From: an uncultured Actinomycetes bacterium
Lineage (GTDB): Bacteria; Actinomycetota; Actinomycetes; Nanopelagicales; Nanopelagicaceae
NCBI GenBank assembly: GCA_903858325.1
Contig: CAIOIJ010000049.1
Location: forward strand, 1 to 58,002
Length of the DNA: 58,002 bases
Direction: 5' to 3'
A program made the translations under genes and the position numbers. Each line of letters starts with the position of its first letter. Position 1 is the stretch's first letter. The notes under the pieces are model-generated. The model searched no databases. It worked only from the letters and a program-made list of their open reading frames with translations, and was not told the origin of the DNA. Positions 49,414 through 58,002 of the stretch are shown here, piece after piece.

Positions 49414-50559
49414 TTCCGCCGCTAATCTGCCAGAAAATAGCGCCCCTTGTTGCGAAGGTGTTGCTCTGTGATCGCCTACGCAATAAATATTCTCACGAAC
49501 TACAACGCTTTGAGAAAGCGTTCTGCCTACCGATTGCAAAGGCAGCGCACTTGGAATTTCATACTTAGCAACTAATTCCCAATCGCGCGTATCTGTGTCC
49601 CATAGAAGCGAGAGATGTCTGCGCGCTTCGCTCTCTGTTACGGAAATCGGCGTTGTTGTAGAAATCAAATCTTTTCCAGAAGGAGCATATGCCGAAGATA
49701 TTTGCGACATCGCTACCGTATTTATGACGGCTCCTCGGGATTGTCCATCGACAATCAGGCGGCCATTTCGCGATGCGCGTTCAACGCTGTGATACCAAGT
49801 AGTGCAGCCAACTAAAGTTGGAATATCACGAAGATCAAGTAGTTGTGAAGCTGTTGTTGCATCGGTTGCAACAACAATTTCACTGGCATCTATGGATCCA
49901 TTATTAGTTTCGACAATGTTTCCGCGAAGTGACTCAACACGATTACCTAAGCGGATATCTCTCAAACGCGATGCCAGAGCTTTACTCAACTCCCCCGCGC
50001 CATTTCGGGGTAATCCTGGAGCGCCATTGATAAAACTTTTGATAACACTTTTGCCATAAATTGCATCAACTTTTTCAGGTGATGCTAGAAATACTCCAGA
50101 AAGAAAAGGTTCCAAGACTCTTGTGTAAAGGTTGCCAGTGCCCGCTGCTCGTAATTCTTCACCAATGGATTTTCCGGAAATGCTCTTGGTGAGTAAGTAG
50201 CGAAGTAGCGCTAATTTTTCGGGCAAAGTTCCCGTTGCTCTATCGAGTGCGCTCCACGGTGAAATACGCGGATCTCCCAAGGGATATCTTGCGTTGCCCA
50301 TTGCAACTTCAATTACTCGTGGCGCAGCCACGAAATCAATTTCGCGAATTACGTCAAGGGCAACGAGAGCTGGATACTTTGAATTTATTAGTTGAAAACC
50401 GCGATCACACAAGTAACCATCGATGCGATCTGTGGCAACTCGACCACCTGCTCGATCGCTGCTTTCAAGTACTACTACTTCCCGGCCATTACTCTCTAAA
50501 TGAAGCGCTGCGGAAATACCTGCAAGACCAGCACCGATAACAACGACAGGTTTAGCCAT
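49396..50559 (-). CDS. FAD-dependent oxidoreductase (amine oxidase / protoporphyrinogen oxidase-like)
   Basis: VIGAGLAG, GGRVATD, DRGFQ, GDHRATPSQQGALFSG. Confidence 0.87.
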   Translation of the reverse strand: MAKPVVVIGAGLAGISAALHLESNGREVVVLESSDRAGGRVATDRIDGYLCDRGFQLINSKYPALVALDVIREIDFVAAPRVIEVAMGNARYPLGDPRISPWSALDRATGTLPEKLALLRYLLTKSISGKSIGEELRAAGTGNLYTRVLEPFLSGVFLASPEKVDAIYGKSVIKSFINGAPGLPRNGAGELSKALASRLRDIRLGNRVESLRGNIVETNNGSIDASEIVVATDATTASQLLDLRDIPTLVGCTTWYHSVERASRNGRLIVDGQSRGAVINTVAMSQISSAYAPSGKDLISTTTPISVTESEARRHLSLLWDTDTRDWELVAKYEIPSALPLQSVGRTLSQSVVVRENIYCVGDHRATPSQQGALFSGRLAAELILNK

Positions 50560-51568
50560 GAATTGATTGTGCTCGTGCTTGATCAATAATTTTGGCAACA
50601 AGTAATGCATCGTCGGTACTTACTGGCCAAGGATTCTTACCTGCAATTGCACCTTCAACGGCTAAGTAGAAATGGGCATAGTTACCGGGCTCTGATGCAA
50701 TCTCTTCAACTTCATCACCGCGATATAGAAAAGTTTGCGACATTGTTGGGAGCTTCCAAGTTCCACCTTCTGGAAACTTTCCAGCGCGCAATAAGTCTTC
50801 TTGCGGATCTAAATCATTGACGACAAGTGCACCCTTTGTACCAAGCAAACGTATGCGCGGACCAGGTGCACCAACAATTGCACTTGCCGATAAATAACCA
50901 ACTGCACCGCCTGAATATTTGATTACTAAAAGAGAATCATCATCTGCACCGCCACGGATAGATCGAACGCTCGAGCTCACAAGCTCTGGAGTACCGAGCC
51001 ATTCCATCGAAGTTGAAATCAAGTGTGGCTGTAAATCAATGAGCTGTCCCCCGCCATCGGCAGGTGACATTGTTTCGCGCCATGAATTGTTATTGAGTTC
51101 TGGGCGAAAACGTTCAAAACGTGAATCGAGGCGGAAAATATCACCGAGGATTCCACTAGCAATTACTTTCTTGATTGTGAGTGCATCGCTATCCCAGCGA
51201 CGATTGAAGAATGTTGTAATAGGCACGCCAGCCTTCTTGGCATATTCCACAATTGCAAGCGTTTCGTCATATGTACGACCCATAGGCTTATCAATGACAA
51301 CAGGGATTCCCGCATCGATAGCTAGATAGGCATCGTGTGCGTGGGCAACATTGGCCGATGCAACAACGACAAGGTCAAGACCAAGTGCTACTAACTCTTC
51401 AACAGTTGCGACAACGCTTGTACTTGGAAAATCAATGAGTGCATGTGATTTACGTTCGTCATTGCTGGTTTGAATTCCAACAATGTCGAAGCCGCAACCT
51501 TTGAGCAATGGCGCGTGGAAATAGCGTCCAGCTAAGCCGTATCCCGCTATTCCTACGCGTAGAGCCAT
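50552..51568 (-). CDS. Gfo/Idh/MocA family oxidoreductase
   Basis: GYGLAGRYFHAP, IDKP, NRRWDSD, GGGQLIDLQPH. Confidence 0.9.
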   Translation of the reverse strand: MALRVGIAGYGLAGRYFHAPLLKGCGFDIVGIQTSNDERKSHALIDFPSTSVVATVEELVALGLDLVVVASANVAHAHDAYLAIDAGIPVVIDKPMGRTYDETLAIVEYAKKAGVPITTFFNRRWDSDALTIKKVIASGILGDIFRLDSRFERFRPELNNNSWRETMSPADGGGQLIDLQPHLISTSMEWLGTPELVSSSVRSIRGGADDDSLLVIKYSGGAVGYLSASAIVGAPGPRIRLLGTKGALVVNDLDPQEDLLRAGKFPEGGTWKLPTMSQTFLYRGDEVEEIASEPGNYAHFYLAVEGAIAGKNPWPVSTDDALLVAKIIDQARAQSIHG

Positions 51569-51571
51569 GAG

Positions 51572-53731
51572 TTACACCTTTTCGTGTTGAAGTTTTGAAG
51601 GCCACCAGATCTTTGGCCCGATTGTATGCACCAATGCAGGCACCAAGATAGAGCGAACAATGATGGTGTCAAGGAGAACACCAAATGCCACAGCAAAACC
51701 GAGTTCGGCAAGTGGCACCAATGGGAGTAAGCCAAGAACTGCAAAAGTTGCAGCGAGCACGATTCCCGCAGATGTAATCACTGAGCCAGTAACTGTTACA
51801 CCTTTGATCACGCCTGCACGTGTTCCAATCTTCATACTCTCTTCGCGCACGCGAGTCATCAAGAAGATGTTGTAGTCAATTCCAAGTGCCACTAAGAAAA
51901 TGAATACAAAGAGTGGGAATGAATTATCACCGCCAGCAAAACCAAATACATGGTTGAACACCAACGCGCACACTCCCAGCGTTGCAAAGTATGAGAGCAC
52001 AACGGTTCCCAATAAGAGAACTGCACTAAGAATGCTTCGCAATAGAAGTCCCAGAATCAAGGTGATGACTATCAAAATAATAGGAATAATTGTCTTGTTA
52101 TCGCGATTATTTGCGCTACGAACATCGAAGTAAACGGCGCTTGTGCCTCCCACCAACGAAGTTGCATCCGCGGCATGTGCTAATCGACGAATCTCTGGAA
52201 CATCATTTCCTGCATCAACGCTATCTGGAGCTTTATCCAACGTTAGATTCAGAATTGCTTTTCCATTGACAATCTTTACTGCCGGCATTGGTTTGCCTGG
52301 CATTGGAATTCCTTCGAGTACAGGAACCACATTTGTTACACCTGGAGCACCTTTGACTGCGGCAGTTACAGCCGCAATCTTGTCGGCGCTAACAACAACC
52401 TGAGTAGGGTCGCCTTCTCCGCCAGGGAAATGCTTAAGCAAGAGTTTTTGGCCAACAACGGATTCTGGATTTCCTGTAAATGTATCTACCGTTCCAATTC
52501 CATCAGCCTTCAATGTTGTAGATGTAAATGCAAAAGCTAGAAGAAATACACCAGTAATTGCCCATGCTCGACGTGGATTGCGCCCAATTGCATTTGCAAC
52601 CTTGGACCATGGACCTGACATCACGTGATCATCACCATCAAAGAGTGGACGGCGTGGCCAGAAAATCCAGCGACCAAATACAAGTAATAGTGCAGGTAAC
52701 AAAGTCAGAATCGTGATCATCGAGGAGACAATTCCGATTGCTCCAATTGGACCAAGGCCAGCAGTATTTGTCAGTTGGCTAAAGAGAAGAACGAGCAGCG
52801 ATATAGAAACCGTTGAACCTGAAGCCAAGATAGGTTCCCATACCCCTTTATATGCTGCGCGCATCGCGTCAAAACGATTTGCATGCAAGTGCAGTTCTTC
52901 TCGGTATCGCGCGATGAGTAAGAGTGCATAGTCAGTTGCAGCACCAATTACTAAAACGGAAAGAATTCCTTGCGACTGACCATCGACATCGATGATGTTG
53001 TTTTTTGCAAGTAAGTAAACAATTCCACCTGCAGTTGAAAGCGCAAAGAGCGCTGAGATCAATGGAATTACCCACAAGATTGGTGAACGGTAAACAACGA
53101 TAAGAATAAGAGCGACAACACCTAGCGTTGTGAGCAGCAAGGATGAATCAAGCGTGCCAAATGCGCCAAAGAGATCGCCTAATAAGCCACCAGGTCCAGT
53201 TACATAATGCGTGTAGCCATTTGCCTCTGCAATTGGTTTTACATCGGCGCGAAGTGCTGCAATAACAGCTGGCAATACTGGCTTATCGTTAGGAAGCGCT
53301 TTGCCAATTGATTGTCCATCCAGTGGAATATTTGCCAAGATTGCTGCGCCATCTTGTGATGGGAAAACAGTTATCTGCTCACCGGGTGCAAGGTAATCAG
53401 AAATCTTTGCAGTAGTTCCATCGAGTTTGAGATTACCAACGGTGAGTAAGTGAGCATTGATTGCCGCAAATGTTTCAGGCGTTGATTTACCTTCAAACAA
53501 AATCAGAGTAGGAAAATTGAAAGAATCTTTGCCAGCAAATGTTTTGATGACATCGGCGGCTTTAGTTGCTTCGGCGCCTTTAGGTAAGAAAGATGAATTG
53601 TTATTCTCTTGAACCGAAGTGAGTTTTCCAAAGAGCGGACCAAATACTCCAGCGATCATGAACCAAATGATTACGACCAGCATGGCTATAGCGAATGGTT
53701 TACGGCTCTTTTGAACGGTATTAGTTGACAC
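51572..53731 (-). CDS. MMPL/RND family transporter
   Basis: GAATDYALLLIARYREE, ALGIDYNIFLMTRVREE, GVLLDTIIVRSILVP. Confidence 0.92.
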   Translation of the reverse strand: MSTNTVQKSRKPFAIAMLVVIIWFMIAGVFGPLFGKLTSVQENNNSSFLPKGAEATKAADVIKTFAGKDSFNFPTLILFEGKSTPETFAAINAHLLTVGNLKLDGTTAKISDYLAPGEQITVFPSQDGAAILANIPLDGQSIGKALPNDKPVLPAVIAALRADVKPIAEANGYTHYVTGPGGLLGDLFGAFGTLDSSLLLTTLGVVALILIVVYRSPILWVIPLISALFALSTAGGIVYLLAKNNIIDVDGQSQGILSVLVIGAATDYALLLIARYREELHLHANRFDAMRAAYKGVWEPILASGSTVSISLLVLLFSQLTNTAGLGPIGAIGIVSSMITILTLLPALLLVFGRWIFWPRRPLFDGDDHVMSGPWSKVANAIGRNPRRAWAITGVFLLAFAFTSTTLKADGIGTVDTFTGNPESVVGQKLLLKHFPGGEGDPTQVVVSADKIAAVTAAVKGAPGVTNVVPVLEGIPMPGKPMPAVKIVNGKAILNLTLDKAPDSVDAGNDVPEIRRLAHAADATSLVGGTSAVYFDVRSANNRDNKTIIPIILIVITLILGLLLRSILSAVLLLGTVVLSYFATLGVCALVFNHVFGFAGGDNSFPLFVFIFLVALGIDYNIFLMTRVREESMKIGTRAGVIKGVTVTGSVITSAGIVLAATFAVLGLLPLVPLAELGFAVAFGVLLDTIIVRSILVPALVHTIGPKIWWPSKLQHEKV

Positions 53732-53787
53732 GATGAAATAGACCTCTCCGATTGGTATGAGCCCAATCTTACCTTTAGGCTGGCTTC

Positions 53788-54444
53788 GTGCCTCTCAGAA
53801 CACCATCGCCTACTGCGCAGATCAGCGTTATTCACGCGGGATTAGTTGAATATCACAGCGCACTTGCAATGCAGCGAGAGATTCACCAGGGCGTAGCCGA
53901 TGGTTCAACTACTAACACTCTCATTCTTTTAGAACACCCCTCTGTATACACCGCAGGACGTCGTACTTTAGATAGCGAAAAACCGATGGATGGAACTCCT
54001 GTCGTTGATGTAGATCGCGGCGGAAAAATTACGTGGCATGGTCCTGGTCAATTAGTTGGTTATCCAATTGTGCGCCTTGCTAATCCTCATGAACTCGTTG
54101 GATTTGTTCGCACTATAGAAGCTGCACTCATTGAAGTGTGTAAAGAATTTGGAATCACAACGCAATGCATCTCTAAGAGATCTGGTGTCTGGGTTGTCGA
54201 TAATCGCGGCGAAAGAAAAATTGCAGCAATCGGAATTCGCGTTGCCAAAGGTGTGACCATGCATGGCTTTGCACTCAATGTGAATCCAGATATGAGCGCT
54301 TTCGGTCAAATCATCCCCTGCGGCATCGCCGATGCCGATGTGACATCACTTTCACAAGAATTAGGTCGGGATATAAGCGTGAGCGAAGTTGCTCCCCTTG
54401 TTGAGCGCCATATGATTGACGCCCTACGAAAGGTAAGTGCATGA
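53788..54444 (+). CDS. lipB: Lipoyl(octanoyl) transferase
   Basis: [43 protein letters not shown]. Confidence 0.96.
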   Translation: MPLRTPSPTAQISVIHAGLVEYHSALAMQREIHQGVADGSTTNTLILLEHPSVYTAGRRTLDSEKPMDGTPVVDVDRGGKITWHGPGQLVGYPIVRLANPHELVGFVRTIEAALIEVCKEFGITTQCISKRSGVWVVDNRGERKIAAIGIRVAKGVTMHGFALNVNPDMSAFGQIIPCGIADADVTSLSQELGRDISVSEVAPLVERHMIDALRKVSA

Positions 54445-55373
54445 CTCTGGCACCAGAAGGTCGCAAATTGCTACGCGTTGAAGCGCGCAACTCACTTGTG
54501 CCTATCGAGCGCAAACCCGAATGGATTAAGACTCGTGCAAATATGGGTCCCGAGTACACACGTCTTCGCACTCTTGTAAAGAGTGAAGGTCTGCACACAG
54601 TCTGCCAAGAAGCTGCTTGTCCAAATATTTTCGAATGTTGGGAAGATAAAGAAGCAACATTTCTTATTGGTGGCGAAAAATGCACACGTCGTTGCGATTT
54701 CTGCAATATCGATACTGGAAAACCAGATGCACTCGATCGTGAAGAGCCACGCAAAGTTGGCGAATCTGTAAAAGCGATGGGTTTGAAGTACGCAACGATT
54801 ACAGGTGTAACTCGCGATGATTTAGAAGATGAAGGCGCATGGCTATATGCCGAAACAATTCGCCAAGTCCACGAACTCAACCCTGGTACAGGCGTTGAAA
54901 TGCTTGCACCAGATTTCCACGCTAAGCCAGAACTTCTCAATCAAATTTTTGAAACTAAACCAGAAGTTTTCGCGCACAACTTAGAGACTGTCCCCCGTAT
55001 TTTCAAACGAATTCGAACTGGTTTCTCCTACGAGAAATCCCTTGAAGTAATTGCAATGGCGCGCGACTTTGGTTTGATCACTAAATCAAATCTGATTCTT
55101 GGACTTGGCGAAACTCATGAAGAAGTAGTGCAAGCGCTGCAAGATTTACGCGATGCCGGATGCGACCTTGTGACTATTACGCAGTACCTGCGCCCAACTA
55201 TTAAGCACCATCCAGTTGAGCGCTGGGTAAAGCCAGAAGAATTCGTAGCGCACGCCAAAGAGGCAGAAGAGATTGGTTTCCTCGGCGTCATGAGCGGTCC
55301 ACTTGTTCGCTCAAGTTATCGCGCTGGCCGACTTTATAAGCAAGCCATGGAAGCAAAAGTTTCTCGTGGCTGA
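54441..55373 (+). CDS. lipA: Lipoyl synthase
   Basis: [25 protein letters not shown]. Confidence 0.97.
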   Translation: MTLAPEGRKLLRVEARNSLVPIERKPEWIKTRANMGPEYTRLRTLVKSEGLHTVCQEAACPNIFECWEDKEATFLIGGEKCTRRCDFCNIDTGKPDALDREEPRKVGESVKAMGLKYATITGVTRDDLEDEGAWLYAETIRQVHELNPGTGVEMLAPDFHAKPELLNQIFETKPEVFAHNLETVPRIFKRIRTGFSYEKSLEVIAMARDFGLITKSNLILGLGETHEEVVQALQDLRDAGCDLVTITQYLRPTIKHHPVERWVKPEEFVAHAKEAEEIGFLGVMSGPLVRSSYRAGRLYKQAMEAKVSRG

Positions 55374-56064
55374 TCTTGTCTATCCCCCAGTAATCGGAGT
55401 TATCAAAGCTTTCTGGAAATACTTAGGACTTCAACTCAACTTTTCCGGTGATACAAATATTCCGCGCACAGGTGGCGCAATTCTTGCAATCAATCACGTC
55501 AGCTATTTAGATTTTGCACTCGTTGGTACTGCCGCGCTTCCCGTTGATCGCTACATACGTTTTATGGCAAAGAAAGAAATCTTTGCGCACAAAGTTGCTG
55601 GTCCTCTAATGCGCGGAATGCACCACATCAGCGTTGATCGCGACAATGGTTCAGGTTCATTCGTTGCCGCACTTCGCGCACTCAAAGCTGGCGAAATCAT
55701 TGGAATATTTCCTGAAGGAACAACATCTACAAGTTTTGAAATCAAGCAATTGAAATCAGGCGCTGTGCGTTTAGCGATGGGCGCAGGTGTTCCAGTTATC
55801 CCAACAATTATTTGGGGCAGTCAACGTATTTGGACAAAGGGCTTAAAGAAAGATTTGAGACGCAAAAATTATCCCGTCTCAGTTACTTTCGGAACGCCAA
55901 TGGTTTTTGAGCGCGGCGATGATGTCGATATTGCCGAGGCCAAACTTCGCGAAAATTTGATTGCAATGCTCCATGAAGTTCAAGATCGTTACCCCGATAG
56001 CCACGTGGGCCAACGCTGGGCCCCTGCTCGTCTTGGTGGTACCGCACCCGCTCCACTAAAGTAG
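55366..56064 (+). CDS. 1-acyl-sn-glycerol-3-phosphate acyltransferase family
   Basis: [18 protein letters not shown]; GTG 55366 overlaps the end of lipA. Confidence 0.9.
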   Translation: MADLVYPPVIGVIKAFWKYLGLQLNFSGDTNIPRTGGAILAINHVSYLDFALVGTAALPVDRYIRFMAKKEIFAHKVAGPLMRGMHHISVDRDNGSGSFVAALRALKAGEIIGIFPEGTTSTSFEIKQLKSGAVRLAMGAGVPVIPTIIWGSQRIWTKGLKKDLRRKNYPVSVTFGTPMVFERGDDVDIAEAKLRENLIAMLHEVQDRYPDSHVGQRWAPARLGGTAPAPLK

Positions 56065-56069
56065 CGCCC

Positions 56070-56729
56070 ATGAAGAAGCCAAAGTTTAAGATTCCTCGTT
56101 TTCAAACATTTCGTGACGCCTATTCAGTAACCAAAAGCGTCAAGCCATGGATAGGTGCAGCAATTGTTGCCATCTTCCTTCTCACATGGATGATCGGAAT
56201 CGGAATCGGCTTTGCACTCAAGCATCCTGTCTATCTTGGATTTGTAACACTTCCAGTAGCAGTTCTAGCCACAATGTTTTTCTTTACTCGCGTTGCAGGA
56301 AGCGCAGCATATGCATCTATCGAAGGACAAATGGGTGCAGGCGCATCAGTACTTATGGCAATTCGCAAAGGCTGGACAACAACTCCCGCCGTAGCAGTTG
56401 CACGTAATCAAGATATGGTCCATCGCAGTGTTGGCCGCGGCGGAATCGTTCTTACAGCTGAAGGCGGAAATGGTGTTCGCCAAATGTTGCAAGAAGAGCG
56501 TAAGAAGACTGAACGCTTTGCTCCAGGTGTACCCATCATCGAAATTATTGTCGGCGAAGGCGAAGGTCGCGTAGAACTTCGTAAGTTGCAGAAAAAAGTT
56601 ACGAAACTCAAGAAGACTTTATCTGCACATCAAATGCGTGAAGTTCGTGCACGCCTCAAAGCCGTTGGCGGATTATCAATGCCAATTCCAAAGGGTCCAA
56701 TGCCAACTCGTGCACCGAAGGTTCGCTAA
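56070..56729 (+). CDS. DUF4191 family membrane protein
   Basis: Two TM helices, EGQMGA, DMVHRSVGRGG, PIPKGPMP; lipA-DUF4191-RDD-glnA synteny. Confidence 0.87.
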   Translation: MKKPKFKIPRFQTFRDAYSVTKSVKPWIGAAIVAIFLLTWMIGIGIGFALKHPVYLGFVTLPVAVLATMFFFTRVAGSAAYASIEGQMGAGASVLMAIRKGWTTTPAVAVARNQDMVHRSVGRGGIVLTAEGGNGVRQMLQEERKKTERFAPGVPIIEIIVGEGEGRVELRKLQKKVTKLKKTLSAHQMREVRARLKAVGGLSMPIPKGPMPTRAPKVR

Positions 56730-56733
56730 AGTT

Positions 56734-57093
56734 TTATTTACGCACTAAAACGGTATTGCTCAAACGTTCGTGAATTCCGCGTCCATCATCATCGAAAGTA
56801 ATTGCGGTAACGACTAAACATAAAAGTGTGGTTCGGATCAAAGCTTGTAATGGCGTGATTGCACCTTTGTCACTAAATCGCACGATTCTGATTCCAAGTA
56901 GACGGTGTCCAGCCGAAGCTCCCTGCAATGCCGAGAGCACGGCAACTTCAGCAAAGAAAAGCGCCAGAACGGTCAACGGTCTATTGGAGTGCGCTCCCCC
57001 TAGGCCGCCGGTAAGTGCAACCACGATGGCATAGGACATGAGCCAATCCAGGGCAAGGGCGGTAAAGCGACGCCCCAAGGTGACTCTCTTCAT
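56734..57093 (-). CDS. RDD family protein
   Basis: LGRRFTALALDW, GHRLLGIR, DDDGRGIHE; leaderless ATG 57093 after TAGGCT. Confidence 0.87.
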   Translation of the reverse strand: MKRVTLGRRFTALALDWLMSYAIVVALTGGLGGAHSNRPLTVLALFFAEVAVLSALQGASAGHRLLGIRIVRFSDKGAITPLQALIRTTLLCLVVTAITFDDDGRGIHERLSNTVLVRK

Positions 57094-57131
57094 GCGCGCA
57101 AGCCTAATGGGCAGCGCGAGGCTGGCAATTC

Positions 57132-57185
57132 TTAACATAGATGTAACACACGAGTTATGCCTTTTCGCCCTGCGCCTTCTAGTCT
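57132..57185 (+). promoter_or_regulatory. Putative GlnR box and -10 element of glnA
   Basis: TTAAC-n6-GTAAC-n6-GTTAT (57132-57158) matches the GlnR gTnAc-n6-GaAAc spacing; TAGTCT at 57180-57185. Confidence 0.65.
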
Positions 57186-57264
57186 TACCCCTAAGCAGAA
57201 GCGCTCAATGGTGAGGCCGCTGCATCGATACGGTTCTTGTATCTAATGCGAAATTGGGAGAAGC

Positions 57265-58002
57265 ATGTTTAAGAATTCAGCAGAAATTTTTGCTTATATT
57301 AAGAAGGAAGATATCAAGCTCGTCGATGTGCGCTTCACAGATCTTCCAGGAATCCAACATCACTTCAATGTACCTGTTGAGTCATTTGACGAAGCAGTCT
57401 TTACTGAAGGTCTGATGTTCGATGGTTCATCTATTCGTGGATTCCAGTCAATCAATGAATCAGATATGAAATTGTTACCAGTTCCAGAGTCTGCATTTTT
57501 GGATCCATATCGTAAAGAAAAAACTCTTGTAATTATTTTCTCTGTTCACAATCCAGTAGATAACACACCATATAGCCGTGATCCACGTGGTGTTGTTGCA
57601 AAGGCTGTCGAGTACATGCGCTCACTTGGAATTGCAGACACTGCTTTCTTTGCACCTGAAGCTGAGTTCTATGTTTTCGATAGCGTGCGTTTCAAGACTG
57701 GAATTAATTCGGCTGTTCATGAAATAGAATCATATGAAGGCGCATGGAACACTGGCGTTGAATACGATGCCGATGGAACTCCAAACCGTGGTTACCGCAC
57801 TCGCGTCAAGGGCGGTTACTTCCCAGTTTCTCCAACAGATCAATTCGCAGATTTACGCGATGAGATGGTTATGCAACTTGGCAAGGTTGGTCTTCTTGTT
57901 GAGCGCTCACACCACGAAGTTGGAACTGCTGGTCAGATGGAAATCAACTACCGTTTCACTGACATTTTAACTGCAGGCGATGATGTAATGAAGTTCAAGT
58001 AC
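57265..58002 (+). CDS. glnA: Glutamine synthetase type I, runs off window end
   Basis: Manual translation: MFKNSAEIFAYIKKEDIKLVDVRFTDLPGIQHH...FDGSSIRGFQ...APEAEFY...KGGYFP...HHEVGTAGQMEI; GGGAG Shine-Dalgarno. Confidence 0.97.
   Translation, partial: MFKNSAEIFAYIKKEDIKLVDVRFTDLPGIQHHFNVPVESFDEAVFTEGLMFDGSSIRGFQSINESDMKLLPVPESAFLDPYRKEKTLVIIFSVHNPVDNTPYSRDPRGVVAKAVEYMRSLGIADTAFFAPEAEFYVFDSVRFKTGINSAVHEIESYEGAWNTGVEYDADGTPNRGYRTRVKGGYFPVSPTDQFADLRDEMVMQLGKVGLLVERSHHEVGTAGQMEINYRFTDILTAGDDVMKFKY

Noticed and set aside
1-58002. Numerous 60-200 aa ORFs antisense to or overlapping real genes (e.g. 54311-54940, 39434-40006, 47031-47438, 57734-57970, 128-382)
   Set aside because: They are shadow ORFs over well-supported genes and show no recognisable motifs.

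Overview
This is a gene-dense chromosomal segment of a streamlined actinobacterium. Gene order, very short intergenics and pervasive leaderless promoters point to the freshwater acI lineage (Ca. Nanopelagicales / Planktophila-like); the taxonomy is inferred. Left core block: pimA-patA-pgsA, an EF-G-like remnant, HIT, thrS and tRNA Gly/Cys/Val. After tRNA-Val comes an accessory region of about 16 kb (6091-22425) themed on amino-acid and amide catabolism: metY, a kinase, two LysE genes (one broken), a ferredoxin-reductase-P450-PAL-like lyase operon, DinB, an amidinotransferase, a four-gene 2-oxoacid oxidoreductase whose delta subunit contains an inserted GltD-like flavoprotein, VOC, tryptophanase and an NMO-like flavoprotein. 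The right core block follows the classical actinobacterial trpD-ctaE-qcrCAB-ctaFDC-iscS/tusA-adoK-iscA-nadA-gcvT-pepA-lpd-dlaT-lipBA-glnA order and includes a cobalamin-riboswitch-controlled ECF importer. The best candidate for an undescribed system is the P450 operon, whose last gene keeps matches to all five key residues of peptidyl-alpha-hydroxyglycine amidating lyase (PAL), suggesting a copper-independent hydroxylate-then-cleave amidation or N-dealkylation module. Other notable items are an IscS homolog lacking its PLP lysine and apparent joint loss of the Mg/Mn-site ligands in two cytochrome oxidase subunits. No integrase, transposase, CRISPR array or rRNA was seen. All family assignments come from motif recognition by eye, not from database searches.
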